Shown piece after piece: positions 28,016 through 36,163 of a DNA stretch of 64,000 bases. A program made the position numbers and the translations under genes. The DNA is taken from NCBI GenBank assembly GCA_902786275.1, contig CADACC010000002.1, positions 7,600 through 71,599 of the forward strand, in the 5' to 3' direction. Position 1 is the first letter of the stretch, and every line of letters starts with the position of its first letter. The DNA comes from an uncultured Erysipelotrichaceae bacterium. Lineage in GTDB: Bacteria; Bacillota_I; Bacilli_A; RF39; UBA660. The notes under the pieces are model-generated. The model saw only the letters and a list, made by a program, of their open reading frames with translations, did no database searches and was not told the origin of the DNA.

Positions 28016-29245
28016 TTGAATAAGAAAGGATTTACTTTAGTAGAACTTTTAGCAGTTACAATAATACTTATAATTATTACAACTATTGTAATATTTACCG
28101 TTAATAAACAAATGGAGAAAAGTAGACTTAATGCATTTTTAGATGAAGCTAATGTATTTGCTAAAGCTGCTCAACAAAAATATTCAACAGATAGAACTAC
28201 CGAAGCCATTTCAGAGGATTTATTCCATAATGCAATAAAGGGGAAGGTTTGTTATTCAATTGAACAACAACTTTTAGGTAAGTATGTTGAAAAACCTAAT
28301 AGTAAATATACTGGATCAGTTGAAGTATGTTATGGACTTGACTGTGAATATACTTATAAAGTATGGATTACAGATGGAGAACATTACATTGATGGACAAA
28401 CTGAAATAAATGATTACAATGACATAAAAGAAAAATATACAACTGAGTATCCTTTGACATGTGGTGTTGAAGCTGCTGGTGGTGGAGGATCTGGCGGAGA
28501 CTTACTTACTGCAGAGTTTAAATTTTCAGGATCTCAATATGAAATGACTATTGCAAAAGATGGAGTATATGCTCTTGAGGCTTGGGGTGCTCAAGGAGGA
28601 CGCTTTGGAGAAACACGTGGAGGATATGGCGGATATGCTTATACAGAAGTTGAACTTCATGTTGGTGATAAACTTTATATTCAAGTTGGAGGCCAAGGTG
28701 GTGTAAACGGTGTTGGAAATCCAGGTGGATATAATGGTGGTGCAGATGGTCAAGGTTCCGGTGGCGGTGGAGCAACAACAATTGCAACCAAACCAGGATT
28801 CATATATGATCCTATATTAATTGATTATGTATATATCATTGCCGGAGGTGGCGGCGGAGTTGCAAGATGGTGCTGCTGCTGTGGTGGAATCTCTAGAGGA
28901 TTTAATGGTGGTGGATACTGTGCAGAACCTTCGCCTAATAGAGGTACTATTTGTCAAGCTGGACATAGTTATGGAAAAGCTACTGGCTACGGAGGCGGTG
29001 GAGGATATCGTGCCCAAAGTAGCCAAGTTGATAGTGATCATCATATGGGTGGATCTGGTTATATTGGTAACCCACTTACAAAAAATGGCATCATGGCTGG
29101 ATTCAACGTTCCAGAAAGTACTGCTGCAAATACAAGAACTATTAGTACAACAAATGTATCAGAAAAACCTATATCACAATATGCAAAACAAGGTGATGGG
29201 TTTGCAAAAATAACTTATATAGGAACATTTAGTGACCAAGAATAA
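28016..29245 (+). CDS. prepilin-signal protein with glycine-rich domain and CCCC motif; paralogue B (TTG start)
   Basis: Same architecture as paralogue A: …NKKGFTLVELLAVTIILIIITTIVIF…EAWGAQGGRFGETRGGYGGYAYTEVELHVGDKLYIQVGGQGG…ARWCCCCGGISRGFNGGGYC…GGSGYIGNPLTKNG…AKQGDGFAKITYIGTF. The start is placed at TTG 28016 by alignment with ATG 29287 of paralogue C; both are preceded by GAAAGTGGTG. Confidence 0.7.
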   Translation: MNKKGFTLVELLAVTIILIIITTIVIFTVNKQMEKSRLNAFLDEANVFAKAAQQKYSTDRTTEAISEDLFHNAIKGKVCYSIEQQLLGKYVEKPNSKYTGSVEVCYGLDCEYTYKVWITDGEHYIDGQTEINDYNDIKEKYTTEYPLTCGVEAAGGGGSGGDLLTAEFKFSGSQYEMTIAKDGVYALEAWGAQGGRFGETRGGYGGYAYTEVELHVGDKLYIQVGGQGGVNGVGNPGGYNGGADGQGSGGGGATTIATKPGFIYDPILIDYVYIIAGGGGGVARWCCCCGGISRGFNGGGYCAEPSPNRGTICQAGHSYGKATGYGGGGGYRAQSSQVDSDHHMGGSGYIGNPLTKNGIMAGFNVPESTAANTRTISTTNVSEKPISQYAKQGDGFAKITYIGTFSDQE

Positions 29246-29286
29246 AACTATATAAAGAATAAACCATTGAAAGTGGTGAAATATAA

Positions 29287-31527
29287 ATGAATAAAAAAGG
29301 ATTTACATTAGTAGAGTTACTAGCGGTTATGACACTTCTTCTTGTCATAATCTTCTTTGGTTTTAGAAATTTTATTAAATCTTTTGAAAAAAACAGAATG
29401 AAAACATTTTTATCTGAAGCTTTAATAATTTCAGAAGGTGCTCGAAATAAATATGCTGATGATAGATTAAATGAAGTTAATATCCAAGATGCATATTTTG
29501 GATCATCTGAAACTAGTACATGTTATGTATTTGAGTCAGCTTTAAAAGATAAATATGTATCTAAGTATAGTTACAAATATAGTGGATCTGTTGAAGTATG
29601 CCATGATATAGATTGTGACTATGATACAAAAATATGGCTTACTAATGGAGAGTTTTATTTAAACGGAGTAATAACTGATCATACATTAAAAAATACTGTA
29701 ATAGATTATAAATTTAATGATAATAATTATTTAACTTGTGGAGTTTCATCTAACACACTAAATCCTGCATATGCAATTGACTATACTGGTAAAGAAGAAA
29801 CAATTACTATTATAAGAGATGGTGTATATGCTTTAGAAACATGGGGAGCTCAAGGCGGACATAGAGGAACATATCGTGGTGGATATGGTGGATATGCATA
29901 TGACGAAATAGAACTTAGTGTTGGTGATAAACTATATGTAAATGTTGGCGAACTTGGAACTGATACTAAATCTGGTTATAACGGCGGAGGACCTGTTGGA
30001 AGTAATAGATCTGGTGGCGGAGGTGCAACTACAATTGCTGGTAAATCCGGTTTAATCAGTTCACCAATTGTTCCAGATTATGTTTATAATGTCGCCGGAG
30101 GTGGCGGCGGTGCTACTAGTTATTGCTGCTGCTGTGGTGGATATGAAACTGGATATAGCGGTGGAGGAGCCGTTAGTGAAAGAAATATAATCGGACAATC
30201 TGGATATAGCTATGGAAAAGCAACAGGCTACGGAGGCGGTGGAGGATACCGTGCACAAAGTGGTGATAATGGTGATGGTCGTGGACTAGGTGGATCTGGT
30301 TATATTGGTAATCCTCTTACATATAATGGTGTGATGTATGGGTTTAATGTTCCTGAAAACACTGGTGCAACGACCAAAACATATTCAACCACTAATGTAT
30401 CTTCAGAACCAATATCACGATATGCAAAACAAGGTAATGGTTATGCCAAGATAACATATTTATCTGAATTTAGTATTAAATATGATTTAAATGGTGGTAC
30501 AGTTCAAACACCTAATCCAACATATTATAGTCACACAAGTAGTGCTATTACTTTAAATAATCCAACTAAATATGCATATATATTTGATGGTTGGTTTGGA
30601 AGTAATGGACCTGTTCCACAAACTAATTTAACTATTCCATCTGGTAGTGTTGGTAACAAATTCTACACAGCACACTATGTACCAGTTGAATATTCAATTA
30701 CGTATAACTTAAATGGTGGATCATTTGGTGAAAATGCCACTCATCCATCTACATATAATATTGAAAGTAGCAATATAACATTAAGTGAACCAAAGAAAGA
30801 TGGTTATGTATTTATTGGATGGACAGGAAGCAATGGTGAAGATCCACAAAGAACTGTAACCATTTCAAATGGAAGTTCAGGTAATAAAACATATACTGCT
30901 GTATTTGAAAAGGTATATACTGTAACACTTGATTATAATATTGATAACTATACATTTGCATCTGATGGTTCATATATGGATTCAGGATTAATTCTTGATT
31001 TTGATAATAATTATAATATTAACATGGATGTAAATATACCAACATCTGGTAAGCGTTATTTACTAATCGGAAACTATAATACATCAAGGCAATTAAACTT
31101 AGAAATTACAACTGGTAATAATGTAAGAATCTATCAAAGTGGGGATAGAGGAAATACTGGCGCAATTACGATTGGTGAAGATGCAAACTTTGTATTTGAT
31201 TACACAGCTGCAAGTAAAGCATATAATGCAACGTTTACAAGTGCATCAACTAATGCATCAAACTCAGGTTCTTTAAGTCAAACTGGTTTTTCAACGGCAA
31301 CACTTAGACTTGGTCAGGATATGCGTGGTGGAGCAACATTTACTGGATATAACCTAAAAGGATTAAAAATAACATCAGGACTTACAATGAGTAAGCTTCC
31401 AACAAATGTATCACTTCCTGGTTCTAACTTTGTTGGTTGGTTTACAAGTAAAACTGGAGGAACTCAAGTTACATCATCAACTGTTCCAGCTTCAGAAAGT
31501 GTTACTTACTATGCTCGTTGGAATTAA
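29287..31527 (+). CDS. prepilin-signal protein with glycine-rich/CCCC domain plus C-terminal Listeria-Bacteroides (Flg_new) repeats; paralogue C (746 aa)
   Basis: MNKKGFTLVELLAVMTLLLVIIFFG…ETWGAQGGHRGTYRGGYGGYAYDEIELSVGDKLYVNVGELG…SYCCCCGGYETGYSGGGA…GGSGYIGNPLTYNG…AKQGNGYAKITY. These are followed by about 50-aa repeats: KYDLNGGTVQTPNPTYYSHTSSAITLNNPTKYAYIFDGWFGSNG / ITYNLNGGSFGENATHPSTYNIESSNITLSEPKKDGYVFIGWTGSNG / …FVGWFTSKTGGTQV…YYARWN. Confidence 0.75.
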   Translation: MNKKGFTLVELLAVMTLLLVIIFFGFRNFIKSFEKNRMKTFLSEALIISEGARNKYADDRLNEVNIQDAYFGSSETSTCYVFESALKDKYVSKYSYKYSGSVEVCHDIDCDYDTKIWLTNGEFYLNGVITDHTLKNTVIDYKFNDNNYLTCGVSSNTLNPAYAIDYTGKEETITIIRDGVYALETWGAQGGHRGTYRGGYGGYAYDEIELSVGDKLYVNVGELGTDTKSGYNGGGPVGSNRSGGGGATTIAGKSGLISSPIVPDYVYNVAGGGGGATSYCCCCGGYETGYSGGGAVSERNIIGQSGYSYGKATGYGGGGGYRAQSGDNGDGRGLGGSGYIGNPLTYNGVMYGFNVPENTGATTKTYSTTNVSSEPISRYAKQGNGYAKITYLSEFSIKYDLNGGTVQTPNPTYYSHTSSAITLNNPTKYAYIFDGWFGSNGPVPQTNLTIPSGSVGNKFYTAHYVPVEYSITYNLNGGSFGENATHPSTYNIESSNITLSEPKKDGYVFIGWTGSNGEDPQRTVTISNGSSGNKTYTAVFEKVYTVTLDYNIDNYTFASDGSYMDSGLILDFDNNYNINMDVNIPTSGKRYLLIGNYNTSRQLNLEITTGNNVRIYQSGDRGNTGAITIGEDANFVFDYTAASKAYNATFTSASTNASNSGSLSQTGFSTATLRLGQDMRGGATFTGYNLKGLKITSGLTMSKLPTNVSLPGSNFVGWFTSKTGGTQVTSSTVPASESVTYYARWN

Positions 31528-31539
31528 TTTATAAAGTTA

Positions 31540-31576
31540 AAAAACTTTTAGATAGTTAATCTAAAAGTTTTTTTAT
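31540..31576 (+). terminator. Rho-independent terminator ending the pilin/Gly-rich operon
   Basis: AAAACTTTTAG atagttaat CTAAAAGTTTT + TTTTATT. Confidence 0.7.
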
Positions 31577-31577
31577 T

Positions 31578-31606
31578 GCATAAAAATAAAGATATATACA
31601 TAACTA
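31578..31606 (+). promoter_or_regulatory. candidate sigma-E-type (mother-cell) promoter for spoIVA
   Basis: GCATAAA at 31578-31584, a 14-nt spacer, then CATAACTA at 31599-31606. This loosely resembles the sigma-E consensus (kmATATT, 14 nt, CATACAnT). It is inferred only from spacing and partial matches. Confidence 0.25.
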
Positions 31607-31630
31607 TTATTAAATGAAAGAGGTTATAAA

Positions 31631-33109
31631 ATGAAGAAGAAGGAAATTATAGAAGCTATCTCTAAAAGAGGTGGTGGGGAAATATATTTAGGTGTAGTTG
31701 GCCCAGTTAGATGTGGTAAATCTACATTTATTAAAAAGTTTATTGAAAACATGGTAGTGCCTAATATTGAAGATGAGTTTACTAAAAAGAAATGTTTAGA
31801 TGAAATTCCACAAACGGCTGAAGGTAAAACAATTATGACAACAGAACCAAAATTTGTACCTTCTCAAGGAGCAACTATTAATGTAGATAAGTTTGAAACT
31901 AATATTAAATTAGTTGATTGTGTTGGGTATATTGTTCCAGGGTCAAATGGTTTTGAAGATGAAAATGGTAATCCTAGAATGGTAAAGACTCCTTGGTTTC
32001 AAGATGCTATTCCATTTGTAGAAGCAGCCGAGCTTGGTACACAAAAAGTAATAGAGGATCATGCAACTATTGGAATCGTAATTACAACTGATGGATCTTT
32101 TGGTGAACTTAAAAGAGAAAATTATATAAATGCTGAAGAAAAAATCGTAAATGAACTAAAAAATATAAATAAACCATTTATTATTGTTTTAAATTCATCA
32201 TTTCCAAATAAAGAGGAGACAATTAATTTAAAAAATGAACTAGAAGTAAAATATGATACCCCAGTAATTAACTTAAATATTGAAAATATGAGTGAAGCAG
32301 ATATAACAAATATATTAAGAGTTTCACTAGATGAGTTTAAAATAGAAGATATTCTATTTAATATGCCTAAATGGATAAGTGAACTACCAAAAGAAAATGA
32401 GATAAAATTATCTTATTTAAACAGTATTAAAAATACAATAATAAGTGTTGATAAATTAAAAGATGTAAAAGATATAATAAGTAATTTTGAAAATAATGAA
32501 TATATAAAAGAAGCATATATTAGTGAACTTAATCCATCAACTGGTATTGTTAAAATAAATATCGAAGAAAAAGAGAATTTATTTAGTGATGTTATTTCTA
32601 ATATAATAGGAGAAGATTCCATATCTCAGTCAAAACTTATAAGTATATTTACAACATATAAAGAAACTAAAGAAGAATATGAAAACACTAAAAAGGCTAT
32701 GCAAATGGCGATTAAAACGGGATATGGCATAATATATCCAGAACTTAAAGATATGAAGCTTGGAACACCTGAGGTTATTAAACAAGGTTCTAGATATGGA
32801 GTAAAACTAAAAGCTGTTGCATCTAGTATTCATTTAATGAAAGTAGATGTAGAATCTACATTTGAACCTATCATCGGAACTGAATCTCAGAGTAAAGAAT
32901 TAATAGATTATATTATGAAAGATTATAAAGATAATCCAGAAAATATTTGGCATAGTGAAATATTTGGTAGAAGCTTAGAATGTATTGTTAAAGAAGGTAT
33001 TCAAGCTAAACTTTCTTTAATGCCAGATCAAACAAGAAATAAACTATCTCAAACAGTAACAAAGATAGTTAATAAGGGTTCAAATAACCTAATAGCATTT
33101 GTATTTTAG
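31631..33109 (+). CDS. spoIVA: stage IV sporulation protein A (spore-coat basement-layer ATPase)
   Basis: N-terminus …GGEIYLGVVGPVRCGKSTFIKKFIENMVVPNI… is the characteristic SpoIVA Walker-A region. Length is 492 aa. The HU gene lies immediately downstream, as in B. subtilis. Confidence 0.85.
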   Translation: MKKKEIIEAISKRGGGEIYLGVVGPVRCGKSTFIKKFIENMVVPNIEDEFTKKKCLDEIPQTAEGKTIMTTEPKFVPSQGATINVDKFETNIKLVDCVGYIVPGSNGFEDENGNPRMVKTPWFQDAIPFVEAAELGTQKVIEDHATIGIVITTDGSFGELKRENYINAEEKIVNELKNINKPFIIVLNSSFPNKEETINLKNELEVKYDTPVINLNIENMSEADITNILRVSLDEFKIEDILFNMPKWISELPKENEIKLSYLNSIKNTIISVDKLKDVKDIISNFENNEYIKEAYISELNPSTGIVKINIEEKENLFSDVISNIIGEDSISQSKLISIFTTYKETKEEYENTKKAMQMAIKTGYGIIYPELKDMKLGTPEVIKQGSRYGVKLKAVASSIHLMKVDVESTFEPIIGTESQSKELIDYIMKDYKDNPENIWHSEIFGRSLECIVKEGIQAKLSLMPDQTRNKLSQTVTKIVNKGSNNLIAFVF

Positions 33110-33267
33110 TTAAGTAAATGTATATCACAAGTAAATAGAGTGTTATATTGATATAAATTTCCCTAAAAATGGAACATTTTTCTTGTATTTTTTCCAAGAT
33201 TTTGCTAATCTTAATATGTAAGGGTAATGACCCTACAAGATAATAAATCTATGGGAGGTATTAGATT

Positions 33268-33540
33268 ATGTCAAAAACTGAATTAGTTGAAATCATTGCT
33301 TCAAAAGCTGGTTTAACTAAAGCTGACGCTGCTCGTGCTTTAGACGCTGCTATTGAAGGTATTACAACTGGTCTTAAAAAAGAAGGAAAGGTTGCTTTAG
33401 TTGGTTTCGGAACTTTCTCAGCTAAAAAAAGAGCTGCTCGTGAAGGTATCAACCCTCTAACAAAAGCTGCTATCAAAATTCCTGCTAAGACTGTTGCATC
33501 TTTCAAAGCTGGAAGCAAATTAAAAGACGCTTTAAATTAA
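33268..33540 (+). CDS. hup: DNA-binding protein HU
   Basis: 90 aa. MSKTELVEIIASKAGLTKADAARALDAAIEGIT…GFGTFSAKKRAAREGINP… is the canonical HU/IHF signature. Confidence 0.9.
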   Translation: MSKTELVEIIASKAGLTKADAARALDAAIEGITTGLKKEGKVALVGFGTFSAKKRAAREGINPLTKAAIKIPAKTVASFKAGSKLKDALN

Positions 33541-33551
33541 TCTAATAGCAA

Positions 33552-33580
33552 AAAACTAAGCTTTACGCTTAGTTTTTTTG
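33552..33580 (+). terminator. Rho-independent terminator
   Basis: AACTAAGC tttac GCTTAGTT + TTTTT. Confidence 0.7.
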
Positions 33581-33638
33581 TTTAATTGAATATATATATA
33601 ATAAGTGTTATTCTATAAATAATAAAGGACGTGTTGAA

Positions 33639-34508
33639 ATGAAAGAAAAGAAAACCCGCATATTACTAATATCACTTATTTGTTTAGTAGTTGTTTTAGG
33701 AGTAGTATGCACAATTTTGTTAATTAACAATAATAAGAAAAATAAAAATGATGACAAACCTAAGTCATCTGAAAAAATAAAAAAAGATGATAGTGTTTTA
33801 CCTGATGATAATACTAAGCCAGATGATACAACTAAACCAGATGAAAAAGATTTAGCTACAAATGTGTTAACAATTGATGAAGAAAGATCTATTATGAGTG
33901 TAATAGGTAAGTATTATTTTAGAGTATTATCATGGTATGGAAAAGATCATAAGTTTACTGATAATAAAGTAGATGGACTTATGGGTTATCTACTATATAG
34001 CTATATGGTAAGTATTGATGGAGATAACTATATTGAACATTTTGACACAAATGAAAAATGGACATTTACAAAACAGCAAGCTGATTCATATTTTAAAAAA
34101 GCATTCAATATGACTCCAAAAAAATATGAAGACATCTTATGTCCTGAAGATAATGAAGTTTTAGTTATCTATGATGATGTTAATGAAAAATTTATATTTG
34201 ATGATAATCACCCAGGTCATGGACTTGCTCCAATAGATTATCTTGATTATTACATAGCTTCATCAACAAAAAAAGATAATATTTATACTGTATCCATAAT
34301 ATTCTTATATGGAAATGAAATGGATGGTTATTATATAAATGATCAAGAATTAGATCTCGAACTTGATGACGCAGAAGATTATGCAAAAGCATATAAGTCT
34401 TACTTCAAAAATAATATAAAGAAATACTTAGATGTTCCAAAATACACTTATGTATTTGAAAAAAGTAATGGTAACTATTTTATAAAAGAATTTAAATTAG
34501 AAAAATAG
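33639..34508 (+). CDS. hypothetical membrane-anchored protein (tandem paralogue 1)
   Basis: N-terminal TM helix and K/D/P-rich linker. The conserved C-terminal domain shares …NHPGHG…IFLYGNEMDGYYINDQELDL…YTYVFEKSNGNYFIKEFKLEK with the next gene. Confidence 0.5.
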   Translation: MKEKKTRILLISLICLVVVLGVVCTILLINNNKKNKNDDKPKSSEKIKKDDSVLPDDNTKPDDTTKPDEKDLATNVLTIDEERSIMSVIGKYYFRVLSWYGKDHKFTDNKVDGLMGYLLYSYMVSIDGDNYIEHFDTNEKWTFTKQQADSYFKKAFNMTPKKYEDILCPEDNEVLVIYDDVNEKFIFDDNHPGHGLAPIDYLDYYIASSTKKDNIYTVSIIFLYGNEMDGYYINDQELDLELDDAEDYAKAYKSYFKNNIKKYLDVPKYTYVFEKSNGNYFIKEFKLEK

Positions 34509-34518
34509 TGATAGATTT

Positions 34519-34548
34519 AAAAATCCATGAATATCATGGATTTTTTTA
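34519..34548 (+). terminator. Rho-independent terminator
   Basis: AAAATCCATGA atat TCATGGATTTT + TTTT. Confidence 0.7.
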
Positions 34549-34623
34549 TTAAATATTTATCTTCAATCAGTTAATTAATTATGTTATAATAAAAACATCT
34601 AAAAAAAGAGGGAACGTGATACT

Positions 34624-35397
34624 ATGGACGACTCTAGAAGAAAAACTTTACTTATTACTATTTTTATATTTATTCTTATAACAGCAACAGCTATATTATA
34701 TTTTACATATACAAAGGATGTTAAAACTGTTAAATCTAATAATGATTCTGAAATTAATAATAAACCTACTAAAAAAACAGATGAAGAATTGATTATCGAA
34801 AAAATAAAAAAATATAACTTAATTGCTTTAAGATACTATAAAAATGATCTATCTTTTAAGAAGAGTGAAGTAACTGAAGCAATTAGTTATTCTGAACCAA
34901 TGGGAGAGTTACTATTTGCATATGTAAGTGATCATGGAAGCTTAAATAGAGAAGCTGCAGATAAACTATATAAAGATTTATTTGGATATGCTCCAGAAAC
35001 TATGATTCCATATGTTTGTCCACTTGATAATGAAGAACTATTATCTGTTGATGATTCTAAAGAATTATATTATATAAATGAAAATCATCCATGTCATGGT
35101 GGTAGAACATATGATTATATTGATTTAAAAATTATAGATACTAAAAAAACAGAAAACATATATGAAGTATCTGTTGCTTTCTTATACGGAAATAACGCTG
35201 ATGGATTTTATATAAATGATAAAGAAATAGATCTACCTTCTTCTGACGAAAAAGAATATACTGAAGAAGATTACATAAAAGCTTATAAAGATTTCTTTAA
35301 AGAAAAAACAGATTTTACTGATGTAGAAAAGTATACATATACATTTGAAAAAGAAAATAACAATTATATTTTAAAAGAATTTAAAAGAACAATATAA
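34624..35397 (+). CDS. hypothetical membrane-anchored protein (tandem paralogue 2)
   Basis: …NHPCHGG…AFLYGNNADGFYINDKEIDL…YTYTFEKENNNYILKEFKRTI is alignable with the 33639 gene. Confidence 0.5.
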   Translation: MDDSRRKTLLITIFIFILITATAILYFTYTKDVKTVKSNNDSEINNKPTKKTDEELIIEKIKKYNLIALRYYKNDLSFKKSEVTEAISYSEPMGELLFAYVSDHGSLNREAADKLYKDLFGYAPETMIPYVCPLDNEELLSVDDSKELYYINENHPCHGGRTYDYIDLKIIDTKKTENIYEVSVAFLYGNNADGFYINDKEIDLPSSDEKEYTEEDYIKAYKDFFKEKTDFTDVEKYTYTFEKENNNYILKEFKRTI

Positions 35398-35452
35398 TGT
35401 ATTGAATTAAATAACTTTTTAATATATAATACAAGCAATTTATTAGGAACTG

Positions 35453-36076
35453 GTGAAGAGTTTGGAACATTACTTTATAAACAATGAGAACTTAAAAAGC
35501 GAAATAAATAAACTTAGTTATTCTTATGATAACTATGTTTTTTCGTTTTTAAGCGATAATGGAGTATTCTCAAAATTAAAGATAGATTATGGTAGTAAGT
35601 TTCTGCTTGAAACTTATTTAAAAGAACATAAAGAAAAACCTAAGTCATTTTTAGATGTTGGGTGTGGATATGGTTACATTGGTATTTGTTTGTCTAAAAT
35701 ACTTGGTATTAAGGGAACACTTATTGATGTTAATAAACGAGCGGTACATTTAACTAAAAGAAACATTGAACAAAATAAAGTTGATATTGAAGCATTTTTA
35801 AGTTCGTGTTATGAAAATGTAAAAGATAAATATGATCTTATTATTACAAATCCACCAATAAGAGCAGGGAAAGCAGTACTACTAGAAATATTGGGTGAGG
35901 CAAAGAATCATCTTAATAAAAATGGTGAGTGCTGGTTTGTAATGAGAAAAGATCATGGGGTTAAATCAATGATAAAAACCTTAGAAAATTCATATATTTG
36001 TGAAATAATTGACAAAAGTAAAGGTTTTTATGTCGTAAAGTTAAAAATTAAGGAAAATCCGTTGACAACAGACTGA
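35453..36076 (+). CDS. class I SAM-dependent methyltransferase (YbxB/RsmC-like small-domain MTase)
   Basis: …LDVGCGYGYIGI… (motif I) and …LIITNPPIRAGK… (N-methyltransferase NPP motif). Its position directly upstream of rpoB matches B. subtilis ybxB. The start is ambiguous between GTG 35453 and TTG 35462. Confidence 0.65.
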   Translation: MKSLEHYFINNENLKSEINKLSYSYDNYVFSFLSDNGVFSKLKIDYGSKFLLETYLKEHKEKPKSFLDVGCGYGYIGICLSKILGIKGTLIDVNKRAVHLTKRNIEQNKVDIEAFLSSCYENVKDKYDLIITNPPIRAGKAVLLEILGEAKNHLNKNGECWFVMRKDHGVKSMIKTLENSYICEIIDKSKGFYVVKLKIKENPLTTD

Positions 36077-36163
36077 TAAACTGATAAAATCTTAAGTTGG
36101 TGACATGTCTGTTTTTAGAAGAAAATCAATCATGTAAAAAAATTAGATATTGGGGTGAAATGC

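Noticed and set aside
27180-30320. Repetitive GGTGGCGGAGG / GGTGGTGGA stretches that could be mistaken for CRISPR or tandem repeats
   Set aside because: They are in-frame glycine codon runs inside three paralogous CDSs. They lack constant-length spacers and direct-repeat periodicity.
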